Shown here: positions 1 to 9,189 of the stretch, in pieces
How positions within the stretch are numbered: position 1 is the first letter of the stretch
Layout of the letters: the number at the start of each line of letters is the position of its first letter
IMG/VR virus record: IMGVR_UViG_3300025018_000317
Span: 1-36,255 of that record
Strand: one strand, 5' to 3'
Length of the DNA stretch: 36,255 nucleotides
Source: a virus
Taxonomy: Duplodnaviria; Caudoviricetes
Made by a program: the position numbers and the translations under genes
Notes under the pieces: model-generated
What the model was told of the DNA's origin: nothing
What the model saw: only the letters and a program-made list of their open reading frames with translations
Database searches by the model: none

Positions 1-3000
1 AGCCACCATGTGGTGCTATTCTAGCAGAGTTTGGATATCTTGTATGGTCTGACACAGTGGGACTACCTGACGTTTCCGAACTCGGATGAACATTGGTTCC
101 CATTTTAGAACCACCACTTCCTGATTTCAGGTTAGCAGAAGGTGGTGTTAATTGACCTGGACCAATAGATCTTGTTGGACTGCTAAGTACAGTGGCTAGA
201 CCTACGGCTCCCGCAAAACCAAGTCCAATTTTTCTTGCATGAGGGATAGATTTTTGTCCTGCGGCAGTAATCTTATTGATAAAAGAGTTTGTACTAGAAA
301 CTAATCTAGAAGCAAACCCTTCAGCTTTTCTTTCTGTGCCTTTGAAAAAACCAGACATAGGACTCATACTAACAACATCATTGCTTAATGTTGCTGCTGC
401 TTCGGTTCCGGTCATACGACCGCCTTTGCTATGAAATATTTCAGCTAATCTAGCCATACTAACACCATTAGCTTTGGTTCTCTCCATGGCTTTTCTTGAC
501 TCGATCATAAAATCTACAGCATTTGCAATGTCTATTCCCCTTACTTTCTTATAACGAACAGCACCAGAAGCTTCTTGAATGGCTACATTAACACCTTCTG
601 TAAGGGCGGATTTGGCTACAGGTTTTGCTTCTTCAAGCACACTGCTAACGGCTTTGATTATTCCAGCCCTATCATTACTCTTGAAAGACTTAGTAATATC
701 TTCAAATAAACCAATCATTCTGCGAGATTCGCCAGCTTTAATATGCTTACCAGATATAGGCGTTTGCTCCATCCATTCAAGTAGTCCGAGAGCATTCATT
801 GCTTGTTTTGAATTTTCTCTTCCCATTCTAGAAAGAATAGCTGAGCGATGGCCCTGTAGTGCTGTAGAAAGTTTACCTAGTCTGCTTTGGGTAATGCCTA
901 ATTTTAGAGCGTCGTCTGCTGCCATTTTATTTCGCATAACTGCACTTAGAGTCAGACTTCCAGAAGGTGCTTTAGCTTTTAAAATCTGACTTCTAAGAGA
1001 ATAAGACTCATATGCAGACTTATAGGCTGCGTCGTTTTGTAGAGTAGTTAGTTTCTTCTGCATGTCCGGAGATCCAAGCATTACAGAGACAATATCACCA
1101 TCAAAGTCGCCAGCTAAACCAACCATAGGAGAAGACCTCAAAAGAGTCTCTGAGATTCCCCTAGCTTTAGCTACTTCTTTTATTGAAGCTGGACTAGACA
1201 TAATACCTTTAAATTCATCCATTCCAATAGAACCAGGAGCAACAATAGCTCGACGCACTTGTTCGTTAAACATTGCGACAGCTTCTTCTCCTGGAATCAG
1301 TTTCATTGTGGTAGGCTGATTAGAATATGGGCCAATATAAGGATGTCTACCAAGAAGACCAGCGATGCCTTCTCCTGCCATAAACCTATCGCTCATGGCT
1401 TTAAGTTCATTGGTACTATAAATACCTAGATTCTCCATACTGGTAAACATTTTTTTCGCGTACTTTTTTGTAATACCAACTTCGCCAGGCAGAAGATCTA
1501 TTCCCTTTCTTTCAAGCCAATCTTCAACCTTTGGTGTTTTAGCAACAGATGTTAGGAATACGCTTCCAGGGACTCTGTTTCGAAGCAGGCCGCCCTTTCC
1601 TGTAATCGTTCCAATTCTAGATTTAGCAACGTCTACCTGCAGAGCTTCAACTTGCTTCATCATGGCATCTTTGGATATGGCGCCAGAAGAGTACATCTCA
1701 GACATTTCTATTGTCTTGTTGTATGAGTTTGCTAGATCACTAGTAATGATTGATCCAGTAGCAGTTTGATATTCTGCTAGAGATTTTACGATATTATTAC
1801 CAGGAACAAAAACTGAGCCCAAATCACCTAGCTGAACATTTCCTCCTGTGCGAAGCAGTTCTGGATTCTTAAGCACATCTCTAGCAGCATGAGCGCCCTT
1901 TATATCTTTTAAGGAAGAAAGGCTTTCTAGGGAACGAGTTAGTTCTTTCTGTTCAAGAAGTCTTTCAGGATACATTGCATTCATTCTATTTGATATGTCT
2001 TGTTGTAGTTCAGGACCTACTGCACCAAGATGAGGGGAATTAAGGAATTGGAAGGCGCGGGGTTCTATTGTTGCCATCTTCCCTGAGCCAGGACCTGCAA
2101 CATCTTCAAAAAAGATCTGTCCAGCGCCAACGACGTTTCCTTGTTTAACAAATTCCATTTCTCCTGGCTTTAAACTAGCTAACAAACTAGCTGAATCCTT
2201 TCCAAAAGCTTCTGGAACAGCACCAAAGGTAAGTCCCATTTGTCTTGGAGTAAGATTAGAGGTTCTGGCTAAATCGATTAATCTGGATATTTTAGCAGGA
2301 TGATCGCCTGCTGTAGCATCTTGAATGCTTTTTGCTACACCAAGAGGGTTGTTCAATAACTCCTCTACGGCCATTTGTTCAACTTTGCCAGAGTTCATAT
2401 TCTGACGAGTAAAGTGCCATAGTGCTGTAAACATCTGATTATAGTGTAACACCCTGTTCTTTTTAAGTTCTGCGGTTGTAAGAATCATCTGAACCGCTTC
2501 GTTTTTAATACCAGGCTTTGTTACTCTACTAACGGTTTCGTTTATAACTGACTGTTCACTAGTGGCCCACATACCCTTGCCTATGCCAAACCCCTTAAAG
2601 AAAGAAGGGTTGGTGACGTTTTCGTGGCCAACTACACGTAAGAAATCGCCTTTGCTCTTGTCGTCCTTAAATCCCTCAACAAGCTTCATTGTAAAATTGG
2701 GTGGAGCTTTTACCGGAAGTCCCTCTGGGCTAAGTCCTAGGACCGTTCCTTCTGGAACACGAACATTCATTCTCATTTGAGAGCCTTTATAAGAGTCTAA
2801 GCCGAAAACATTGCCACCTTCTTCTACTTTAGCGTAGTCTCCAAGAGAAAGAACTTTGTCGCTAGCAATAGAAAACTGGCGCCATTTATTAACACTACGG
2901 GCAGCATAGCCTCGTTCAGAAACAAGATACTGTCCTTCTGCAGAAAGTCCTAAGTCTTGAAGACCCATGGCGCTTTCTTCAGACACATACATTGCTAAAC

Positions 3001-4525
3001 CCATTGGAGCGTCAACCATTCGATTGGATTTCGCCCAAGAGAATAAATCATCTATAGTGCCAGATCCTTTTTTCATGAGAGTAGATGCAATCTTGGTTGG
3101 ACTAGAATTAGCTCTTATTGCTTGGCCAGGTCTACGTCCCCAAGATGCTTCATCCGAGAAGAGAGAGAAGGCGTCTTTTCTTGTATCTCTTAGAGACACA
3201 ACGCTTTTAGCAATCTGAGCAGGAGAAAATCCGGGATAGACAGGAAGAAAACCTTCTCCAGTTTCCTTTAGTTGTTTAAAGATGGTGGAGGCTGCTGTTC
3301 TGTCTAGGTGAAAACGTGAACTTGCTTTCTGAAACTCATTCCAAGAATACTTCTCCCCAAGTCCAAAGAATTCTGGAGTAACCTTAAGTCCGCCTTCTTC
3401 AAGAATGGAAGCTTGGTACAACTCGTTAAGTTTATTGTACTTGCTGTCGTACATGTGAAGTAGGCCAGAACGAGCTTTTATATATGCATCTCTACCTGGA
3501 TGCATTCCTTCAGGAGTAGACATAATCCATTCTGGATCTTCCATCATTTTGTTAGTAAACTGCATTACATGAGAATTATAAGCTCTTCTAGACCTTACCT
3601 TTTCTCTTAAAAGAGTTGGAATTAATTCATCGTTAGCTCTTTTAACCATCCACTCTTGACTAGTGTATGTTGAAAGAACTTTTCCTTCTTCGACTATCCC
3701 ATAGGTTCCTGCAATATATTTTGTTTGTCCTGTAGTCCCAGAGGTAATAAGGGAAGGATTTTTAGGATCTATACCAGGAATCTTAAGTGTAATGGCTTCG
3801 CTTTTATCTATACCTAGTTTTCCACCATAAAGTTTTACTCTAAGTTCCGTACCAGGCTTATCTGGTCTACCAAATTCAGTAATAGAAACAGTTCCCTGTC
3901 TTCCTGGTTCACTGATAGACTCCATTAAGTTCTGAAGTAATCCACTCATTTTAGGGGAAAAATCAGACATATATTTCTTTTCAATCTCGCGAGTGAATGA
4001 CATTGAAACAGCACTAAAAGAAGTTGAAAGACCTCTAGCGCTTCTTGATTCCATTATATTAAATAGTTCGCTAAAGCGACCTGCTGCCTTTGCTGAATAA
4101 ATAGAAGAATTTTTACCTATAACTCCAGTGAAACTTTCAATCACTTGAGCTTGATCAGTCGCAGTTAGAAGATGAGGAGATAGAGAGGCATAGAGATGGC
4201 CAGACGGATCCGAAGCTAAGACAGCTTGAGTTACAAGGTTCTTAAGGTCCTTTAGTGGGATACGCACGGTATGTCGTTTGCTTGCTATACCATCAAGCTG
4301 TGTGCGCTTAAAAACATCTGTACCCATATTTAGATTTACAGATTGACGAATAAGAGAAGACGAAAAAGAGGAGCGCGACGAAAGGTTGTCGCTAAAGGAG
4401 TTTACTAGATTTTCAGCATCACCACTTTTAATAAAACTATATCCACCGTATGCAACAGGAGCAGAGATAACAGCAGCTTTAAATAAGCTAGTTCCTGATT
4501 CGTCAGTTTTCTTTTCACTAGCCAT
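1..4525 (-). CDS. Single-chain two-barrel (DPBB) DNA-dependent RNA polymerase, beta+beta' fused, probable virion RNAP (partial, >1508 aa, runs off left edge)
   Basis: Not in ORF track. ATG at 4525 follows GGAGGA SD and overlaps the upstream TAG; manual translation found no stop to position 2. Motifs in order: EGQYLVSER (2912-2938, cf. beta EDSILVSER), KGFGIGKG (2573-2596, cf. KMAGRHGNKG), VQMILTTAELKKNR, ITSDLANSY (cf. beta' ATSDLNDLY), GKGGLLRNRVPGS, GEVGITKKYAKKMF (cf. QCGLPKKMALELF), LLGRHP (cf. LLNRAP), LAGDFDGD (DFDGD 1094-1108), EQTPISGKH (743-769, trigger-loop-like). Confidence 0.9.
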   Translation of the reverse strand, partial: MASEKKTDESGTSLFKAAVISAPVAYGGYSFIKSGDAENLVNSFSDNLSSRSSFSSSLIRQSVNLNMGTDVFKRTQLDGIASKRHTVRIPLKDLKNLVTQAVLASDPSGHLYASLSPHLLTATDQAQVIESFTGVIGKNSSIYSAKAAGRFSELFNIMESRSARGLSTSFSAVSMSFTREIEKKYMSDFSPKMSGLLQNLMESISEPGRQGTVSITEFGRPDKPGTELRVKLYGGKLGIDKSEAITLKIPGIDPKNPSLITSGTTGQTKYIAGTYGIVEEGKVLSTYTSQEWMVKRANDELIPTLLREKVRSRRAYNSHVMQFTNKMMEDPEWIMSTPEGMHPGRDAYIKARSGLLHMYDSKYNKLNELYQASILEEGGLKVTPEFFGLGEKYSWNEFQKASSRFHLDRTAASTIFKQLKETGEGFLPVYPGFSPAQIAKSVVSLRDTRKDAFSLFSDEASWGRRPGQAIRANSSPTKIASTLMKKGSGTIDDLFSWAKSNRMVDAPMGLAMYVSEESAMGLQDLGLSAEGQYLVSERGYAARSVNKWRQFSIASDKVLSLGDYAKVEEGGNVFGLDSYKGSQMRMNVRVPEGTVLGLSPEGLPVKAPPNFTMKLVEGFKDDKSKGDFLRVVGHENVTNPSFFKGFGIGKGMWATSEQSVINETVSRVTKPGIKNEAVQMILTTAELKKNRVLHYNQMFTALWHFTRQNMNSGKVEQMAVEELLNNPLGVAKSIQDATAGDHPAKISRLIDLARTSNLTPRQMGLTFGAVPEAFGKDSASLLASLKPGEMEFVKQGNVVGAGQIFFEDVAGPGSGKMATIEPRAFQFLNSPHLGAVGPELQQDISNRMNAMYPERLLEQKELTRSLESLSSLKDIKGAHAARDVLKNPELLRTGGNVQLGDLGSVFVPGNNIVKSLAEYQTATGSIITSDLANSYNKTIEMSEMYSSGAISKDAMMKQVEALQVDVAKSRIGTITGKGGLLRNRVPGSVFLTSVAKTPKVEDWLERKGIDLLPGEVGITKKYAKKMFTSMENLGIYSTNELKAMSDRFMAGEGIAGLLGRHPYIGPYSNQPTTMKLIPGEEAVAMFNEQVRRAIVAPGSIGMDEFKGIMSSPASIKEVAKARGISETLLRSSPMVGLAGDFDGDIVSVMLGSPDMQKKLTTLQNDAAYKSAYESYSLRSQILKAKAPSGSLTLSAVMRNKMAADDALKLGITQSRLGKLSTALQGHRSAILSRMGRENSKQAMNALGLLEWMEQTPISGKHIKAGESRRMIGLFEDITKSFKSNDRAGIIKAVSSVLEEAKPVAKSALTEGVNVAIQEASGAVRYKKVRGIDIANAVDFMIESRKAMERTKANGVSMARLAEIFHSKGGRMTGTEAAATLSNDVVSMSPMSGFFKGTERKAEGFASRLVSSTNSFINKITAAGQKSIPHARKIGLGFAGAVGLATVLSSPTRSIGPGQLTPPSANLKSGSGGSKMGTNVHPSSETSGSPTVSDHTRYPNSARIAPHGG

Positions 4526-7500
4526 TTCTCATTCCTCCGTGCAGGATTTTTCTAGCATCTTCGCGACGGTCTGCCTTAAATGAAATATCTAGATTATTTT
4601 TAACAGATGGACTGATAAAAATATTTGCATTTTTAACACCAGAGGCCGCCAATATCCTATCGATATTTGCTCTAATCTCAGATTCAGATTGCCCCTGTGC
4701 TTCTTGTAATTCTTCGGCAGCCGCTTCAATGGCCGGTCTTCTTGTTACAAGTCGCGCTTTATCTGGCCAGAGGTCGTAATCATACATGTTTTTAGCAGCA
4801 TCCTGTACTACTTTAAGCTTTATATCTTCTAAGTCTACAGCGGGGTGCCAGCCTACCCAGTTTGGACCTGGAAGACCCTTACCTTTTAAACCTTCGATAA
4901 GAAGTTTTGTTCTCCTATACCAGTCGGGATAAGATTCACCAGGATGCCTTGTAGACAAAAACTCAGACCAAAGTTCTTTTGTTTTTGGCATACCTTCTGT
5001 ATCTTTATCTTCATATAGTTGTCTTAGTGTTACGTCAACTTCAGCTGCTTCTTTCTCAGATAGAAGTCCTTTCTCTTGGGCTTTTCTTGCGTCGGAAGCG
5101 TCTTTGATTCTCCATCTGGCCATCATGAGAGCCTTCTCATTTTTTGGAATCATCTTTAAAATCTCTTTTCTTTCTGCCATATCGGCACCAACGAACTCTT
5201 CGAAGTAATCCCTTTCTCTTCTTGGTTGAGAACGATAGATTTTGGTAAAATCTTGAGTAAATGGATTTATTCCAAATAGAGTTTCTCTTCTCTGTTGCTC
5301 TGCAATGGCAACAGCTTCAGAGTCGTTAGCTTTTATTGCCTGTTCTTTTAGACGAGTGTTTTTAACATATTTCAATATATCGAAATACTCCTCTAGGCTT
5401 CTTCTTTCCTCGACTTCTTTTGGGGGAGTACTGGAGCCAAGAGAGCCACGAAGTACATTAAAGAATGGCTTAATGAAATCTCGAACAGGATGTTGCCAGA
5501 ATGCACTATCTGTTCCAAAAACTTGAAACTTTTTATAATCTTCTACTGCGGTTCTCTTGTGAATCAGCTTAGCTCCGGGAGCCATAGGGGTTAAAAACTC
5601 AAACGGAGTTTCCGCATTGTGAGCAATAGTCTCCCAGTAAGATCCAAGTATTTTTGCAAAGAGTCCTTTTTTTGCTCCTTTATTTTTAATCTCTTCGTTT
5701 TCTCTCGCTAAGATAGCTTCCATTGGCGTGGTGTCTCTGTCTCTATATAAATAAGGAGAGAAGTTTTTACGCTTCTTCTTTTCTTTGTTCATTGCGAGAA
5801 TGTCTTTGAGACGAGCTTGATCTTCCTTGCTTAAGCGACCACTAGTACTCATTCCCCTGACTTGATGTAGGGTTTCCTTGAATCGATCTGAATATGGTGC
5901 AACATCAGCCAAGATAGAAAGTCTTTCTATGGCAGGATAATCTTCTGGAGCTACATCTTTTAACCATGGATGTAGAGCTGCGTAGCCAACGCCAGGAAGC
6001 CTTTCTTCTCCCTTGGCGACCTTGGTATAGGGATCTCCATGCAAGAAGTCTGGGGACCTCTCAGAGGGTCCTGGTAACCAATCAGGCATTGTATTCCTAA
6101 GAGGATTATATTGCTCTATTTGTCTTCTTCTATGCGGATATAAACGACGTAGCATTTCTGTCGTCATAAGACCGCCGCCGATCTCCTTGTCCCAATATTC
6201 TCTTTCTGCTCCATACATTCTACGAGCAGATTCTAGTTGAGATTCTTCGTCAAAAAGATCGGATGTTCCAGTAATAGCTTCTTTGACAGAGGTAGCTGTA
6301 AAACCTGGAAGACCAACCATTTCTGTCATTCTGTAGACGCTTTCACCGCTTGTCCCTTTAACCCCATAAGGACTGATAGGAACGCCCGCTTCTAACTCTC
6401 CACCAAGTTCTTTGGGAAAGGGCTGGTATCCAAACTTAGGAGGCATACTAAGGACTGCGCCACCAACTTCTCCTTCCGGTATAGGACCTCCTTTACCGTA
6501 AAGAGTACCTCCTCCTTTATTTCCACTTTGCCATTCAGATGTATGCATATAAACAGCTGGTTTAAACAACTTGCCTACCGTTGCTGCCAAGACAGGACCA
6601 ACAAAAGGAACATCTTCAAACGCTGCTCCTGTTAATGGATATGGCCTGTCATAGTAGTGTTTTCTTTCTAGATCATAAGTAAAATTTTCGATAAACCATC
6701 TGCGCATTGGAGATGGGGCGTCTTCGCCGTAGATAGATTTTTCTTTAGCGTTAGCGATTAGAGATGGCAACCAGTGTTGTTCATATCTGTCTATTCTTCC
6801 ACCCTCATATGGTGACCTACCGAACTCCCACCATCTGCCTTTTCTAACAGGAACTAATTGTTGTCCAGAGTAGAGTTTTTCTAGTTCATTGGGTCGTTTC
6901 TCTGGAACAAGGGCACCAGGAAGGAAAGGGAGAATTAGGGCGGCGCCAATGGTTGCTCCAACAAGAGACGGTATCTTTGCAGGAGACATTTCCCCAAAGA
7001 CTCTCATTGCCTTGTTTAAAGCACCCTTTCCCTTTTGGATAGAAGCTATCTTTGCAGCAAATCTACCAGTTCTACTCTTCATTTTATTGGCAGTTTCTCT
7101 TTCTAACATCTCAATAGTGTTTTTCTCAAGAGGCGCTAAGATTTCTTCGGAAACAGCAGTTCCATAAAGAGCTTTTTTAAAGAAGGAAGATTCTGCGCTT
7201 ATGTGAGCAGAGGCTTGAGAAAGAGATAGGCCCGCCTGTGCCTGAAGCATTGTTTGTTTGCCAAGGCGTCTTCCGTATCCGTAGAAGAGTCCTCCAACTG
7301 CTCCAATGGTTGGAAAAGCAATCAAAGAACCTAGGTTTGTGCTACCTGGAGCGCTATCTTCCTGCCATTCTCTAAGGGCATGACCTCCTGTTATCTCAGC
7401 AATTGTTGAAACTCCCTTTTGAACCATAGTGGCAGCATGACCAATGCCAGCTGTGATACCTTCTGAAAAGATTGTTCCGTCTAATAGCGTAGAGTTGCGT

Positions 7501-7913
7501 GCAGCATGATCTAGCTCTTGGTAAGCCGTATACATAAGAGGAGCAGCAATACCAAGTTTGGCTGTTAATTTTCCAAAAGTTTTGAGACCGCTGGAGGGGT
7601 CTACGTCAAACCGGAGACTTCTTACAAGAGGAATCTTTGGAAGAATATCCTTAAGGATAGGCATTTCAAATGGTGCGCGAGCTAACTGATTAAATCTTTC
7701 TATAAGAGAAGTTCCGTATCCACTAACAAATCTATAAGCAGACTGAAGTCTATTTTTACCCCCAGCAAAAATAAACATTTCACTTTCTTTTCCAGCAGCT
7801 CCAAGGAAAGGAATCTTTTGTTTAAAACTTCCTTTGGGAATTGGTCCGCCAGCGAGAGATCGTCCGTAAGCTTCTGCAAATTTAGGATCTGCTCCTGTGA
7901 TATTTCTAATCAC
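4518..7913 (-). CDS. Large tape-measure-like / ejected virion protein, C-terminal portion (frame open upstream to 8042)
   Basis: 1131 aa in the tape-measure position after tube and chaperone genes; TM-like segments LIAFPTIGAVGGLFYGY and VGATIGAALILPFLPGALV; helical charged C-terminus; no Cys. Upstream in-frame sequence ITEILEKGFRYEAGQLRVGKVGGDVLLERAS looks coding. Confidence 0.6.
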   Translation of the reverse strand: MIRNITGADPKFAEAYGRSLAGGPIPKGSFKQKIPFLGAAGKESEMFIFAGGKNRLQSAYRFVSGYGTSLIERFNQLARAPFEMPILKDILPKIPLVRSLRFDVDPSSGLKTFGKLTAKLGIAAPLMYTAYQELDHAARNSTLLDGTIFSEGITAGIGHAATMVQKGVSTIAEITGGHALREWQEDSAPGSTNLGSLIAFPTIGAVGGLFYGYGRRLGKQTMLQAQAGLSLSQASAHISAESSFFKKALYGTAVSEEILAPLEKNTIEMLERETANKMKSRTGRFAAKIASIQKGKGALNKAMRVFGEMSPAKIPSLVGATIGAALILPFLPGALVPEKRPNELEKLYSGQQLVPVRKGRWWEFGRSPYEGGRIDRYEQHWLPSLIANAKEKSIYGEDAPSPMRRWFIENFTYDLERKHYYDRPYPLTGAAFEDVPFVGPVLAATVGKLFKPAVYMHTSEWQSGNKGGGTLYGKGGPIPEGEVGGAVLSMPPKFGYQPFPKELGGELEAGVPISPYGVKGTSGESVYRMTEMVGLPGFTATSVKEAITGTSDLFDEESQLESARRMYGAEREYWDKEIGGGLMTTEMLRRLYPHRRRQIEQYNPLRNTMPDWLPGPSERSPDFLHGDPYTKVAKGEERLPGVGYAALHPWLKDVAPEDYPAIERLSILADVAPYSDRFKETLHQVRGMSTSGRLSKEDQARLKDILAMNKEKKKRKNFSPYLYRDRDTTPMEAILARENEEIKNKGAKKGLFAKILGSYWETIAHNAETPFEFLTPMAPGAKLIHKRTAVEDYKKFQVFGTDSAFWQHPVRDFIKPFFNVLRGSLGSSTPPKEVEERRSLEEYFDILKYVKNTRLKEQAIKANDSEAVAIAEQQRRETLFGINPFTQDFTKIYRSQPRRERDYFEEFVGADMAERKEILKMIPKNEKALMMARWRIKDASDARKAQEKGLLSEKEAAEVDVTLRQLYEDKDTEGMPKTKELWSEFLSTRHPGESYPDWYRRTKLLIEGLKGKGLPGPNWVGWHPAVDLEDIKLKVVQDAAKNMYDYDLWPDKARLVTRRPAIEAAAEELQEAQGQSESEIRANIDRILAASGVKNANIFISPSVKNNLDISFKADRREDARKILHGGMRNG

Positions 7914-7947
7914 AGAAGCTCTTTCTAAAAGAACATCTCCACCTACT

Positions 7948-8349
7948 TTACCAACTCTTAGTTGTCCTGCCTCGTAGCGAAAGCCTTTCTCTAGTATTTC
8001 TGTGATCGAGCCATCCCGGATTTGTTTTGCTGATTTCTTGAATCAAGCCAGGAGAAAAATATCTGGTGACACGAGATGCGCTTTCTAATGGAGAAAGCAT
8101 ACTGCTAACCTGGAATGTACGAAGTATTCTAGCTGGAGAATATTCTTCTATTCCACGAGCAGCTAATGCTAAATAATCAAAGCCTCTTTTTCCGTTAGAA
8201 AACTCTAAGCTTCCAAGCATGCCAGTTGCGGCAATACCTGCACCGAACCCCATATAGGCTGGAATTTGAGAAGAGACAGGATGGGCTAATGGCTGATCAC
8301 CATAAGTCCACTGATCGGATCCTTGATAGCGTGCTGGAATAAAAGCCAT
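7948..8349 (-). CDS. Probable N-terminal portion of the tape-measure-like protein (frame-disrupted)
   Basis: 133 aa with Gly-rich hydrophobic segment YMGFGAGIAATGMLG; its 3' end overlaps the open +1 frame of the downstream ORF (7948-8042). Confidence 0.55.
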   Translation of the reverse strand: MAFIPARYQGSDQWTYGDQPLAHPVSSQIPAYMGFGAGIAATGMLGSLEFSNGKRGFDYLALAARGIEEYSPARILRTFQVSSMLSPLESASRVTRYFSPGLIQEISKTNPGWLDHRNTRERLSLRGRTTKSW

Positions 8350-8355
8350 TAATGA

Positions 8356-9183
8356 TCACTGTTTCCCCTTTTGACTATCTAGATACTCAAGCACATCAGC
8401 GTAAATAACTTGTGCGTCTGATACCATTTGAGCACGAATTATATGAGAATCAACAAGATCATGGCCCCTTAACCCTTTTTCGGCCTCTTTCCTTTCTTTT
8501 TCTAGATCTCTTGCCTTAAGTCTTTTGTTAGGGTTAGCTATGATTGGAGAAACAACGTCTTCTATTTTTTGGCTACTTAAACTTCCCTGAGGATTTTTGG
8601 GATCTGTGTTATGAATAGCCCAAAGATCGTTTGCATCAATATTTCTTTTCTTTGGCTTTTCTTCTTTAATGTCTTTTGTTATTAGTTCAAAAGGACCTTG
8701 GATGATATTCATAGCTATAAGCTTTTTCTCTGCCTGAGCAACCAGAAGTAAAAATGCCTTATAGTTTAATTTATAAATATCCTCTACTCGGTAGGATGGA
8801 AAAGCAATTGTAATCCACTCTCCCATATCGTAGATAGAGGCAAAACGCGGATCTCGAATCGCATATCTTGCATAATCCAAGTCGTTAGTAAAGCCTTCGG
8901 CTGAACCGGGACCTGAATTTGCAATAATATTAAACACTACTGTTGCAACAGTACCAGCAAGAAGCTGATCCATATTGCGAACTAGATTATCGTCTAGTAC
9001 ACATTTTCTAAAGATTTCATCTTCTATTACTGCAATTGGAACTATACTATTTTCGTACTGTTGAGAATACGAAATAAAATCTTCTAGACTGAGAAGTTTC
9101 CAGGGAACGATAGTCTCATCGTCAAAAACAGTTACAAAGACTTCTCCGTAGAGTTTTCTCGTCTGAACTAGACGATGGTGCAT
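8356..9183 (-). CDS. Tail assembly chaperone paralogue with C-terminal extension (GT-like)
   Basis: N-terminal ~95 aa align with 9190-9624 (YGEVFV/YGDVFV; IEDEIFRKCVL/IEESMVAKCLL; AGTVATV/AGTLSTL); lies just before the tape-measure-like gene. Confidence 0.65.
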   Translation of the reverse strand: MHHRLVQTRKLYGEVFVTVFDDETIVPWKLLSLEDFISYSQQYENSIVPIAVIEDEIFRKCVLDDNLVRNMDQLLAGTVATVVFNIIANSGPGSAEGFTNDLDYARYAIRDPRFASIYDMGEWITIAFPSYRVEDIYKLNYKAFLLLVAQAEKKLIAMNIIQGPFELITKDIKEEKPKKRNIDANDLWAIHNTDPKNPQGSLSSQKIEDVVSPIIANPNKRLKARDLEKERKEAEKGLRGHDLVDSHIIRAQMVSDAQVIYADVLEYLDSQKGKQ

Positions 9184-9189
9184 TAGAAC

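Noticed and set aside
4518-4545. LHGGM at the end of the tape-measure-like protein resembling the polyprotein repeat core
   Set aside because: The GGA GGA codons are explained by the SD of the RNAP gene, and the rest of the repeat is missing.
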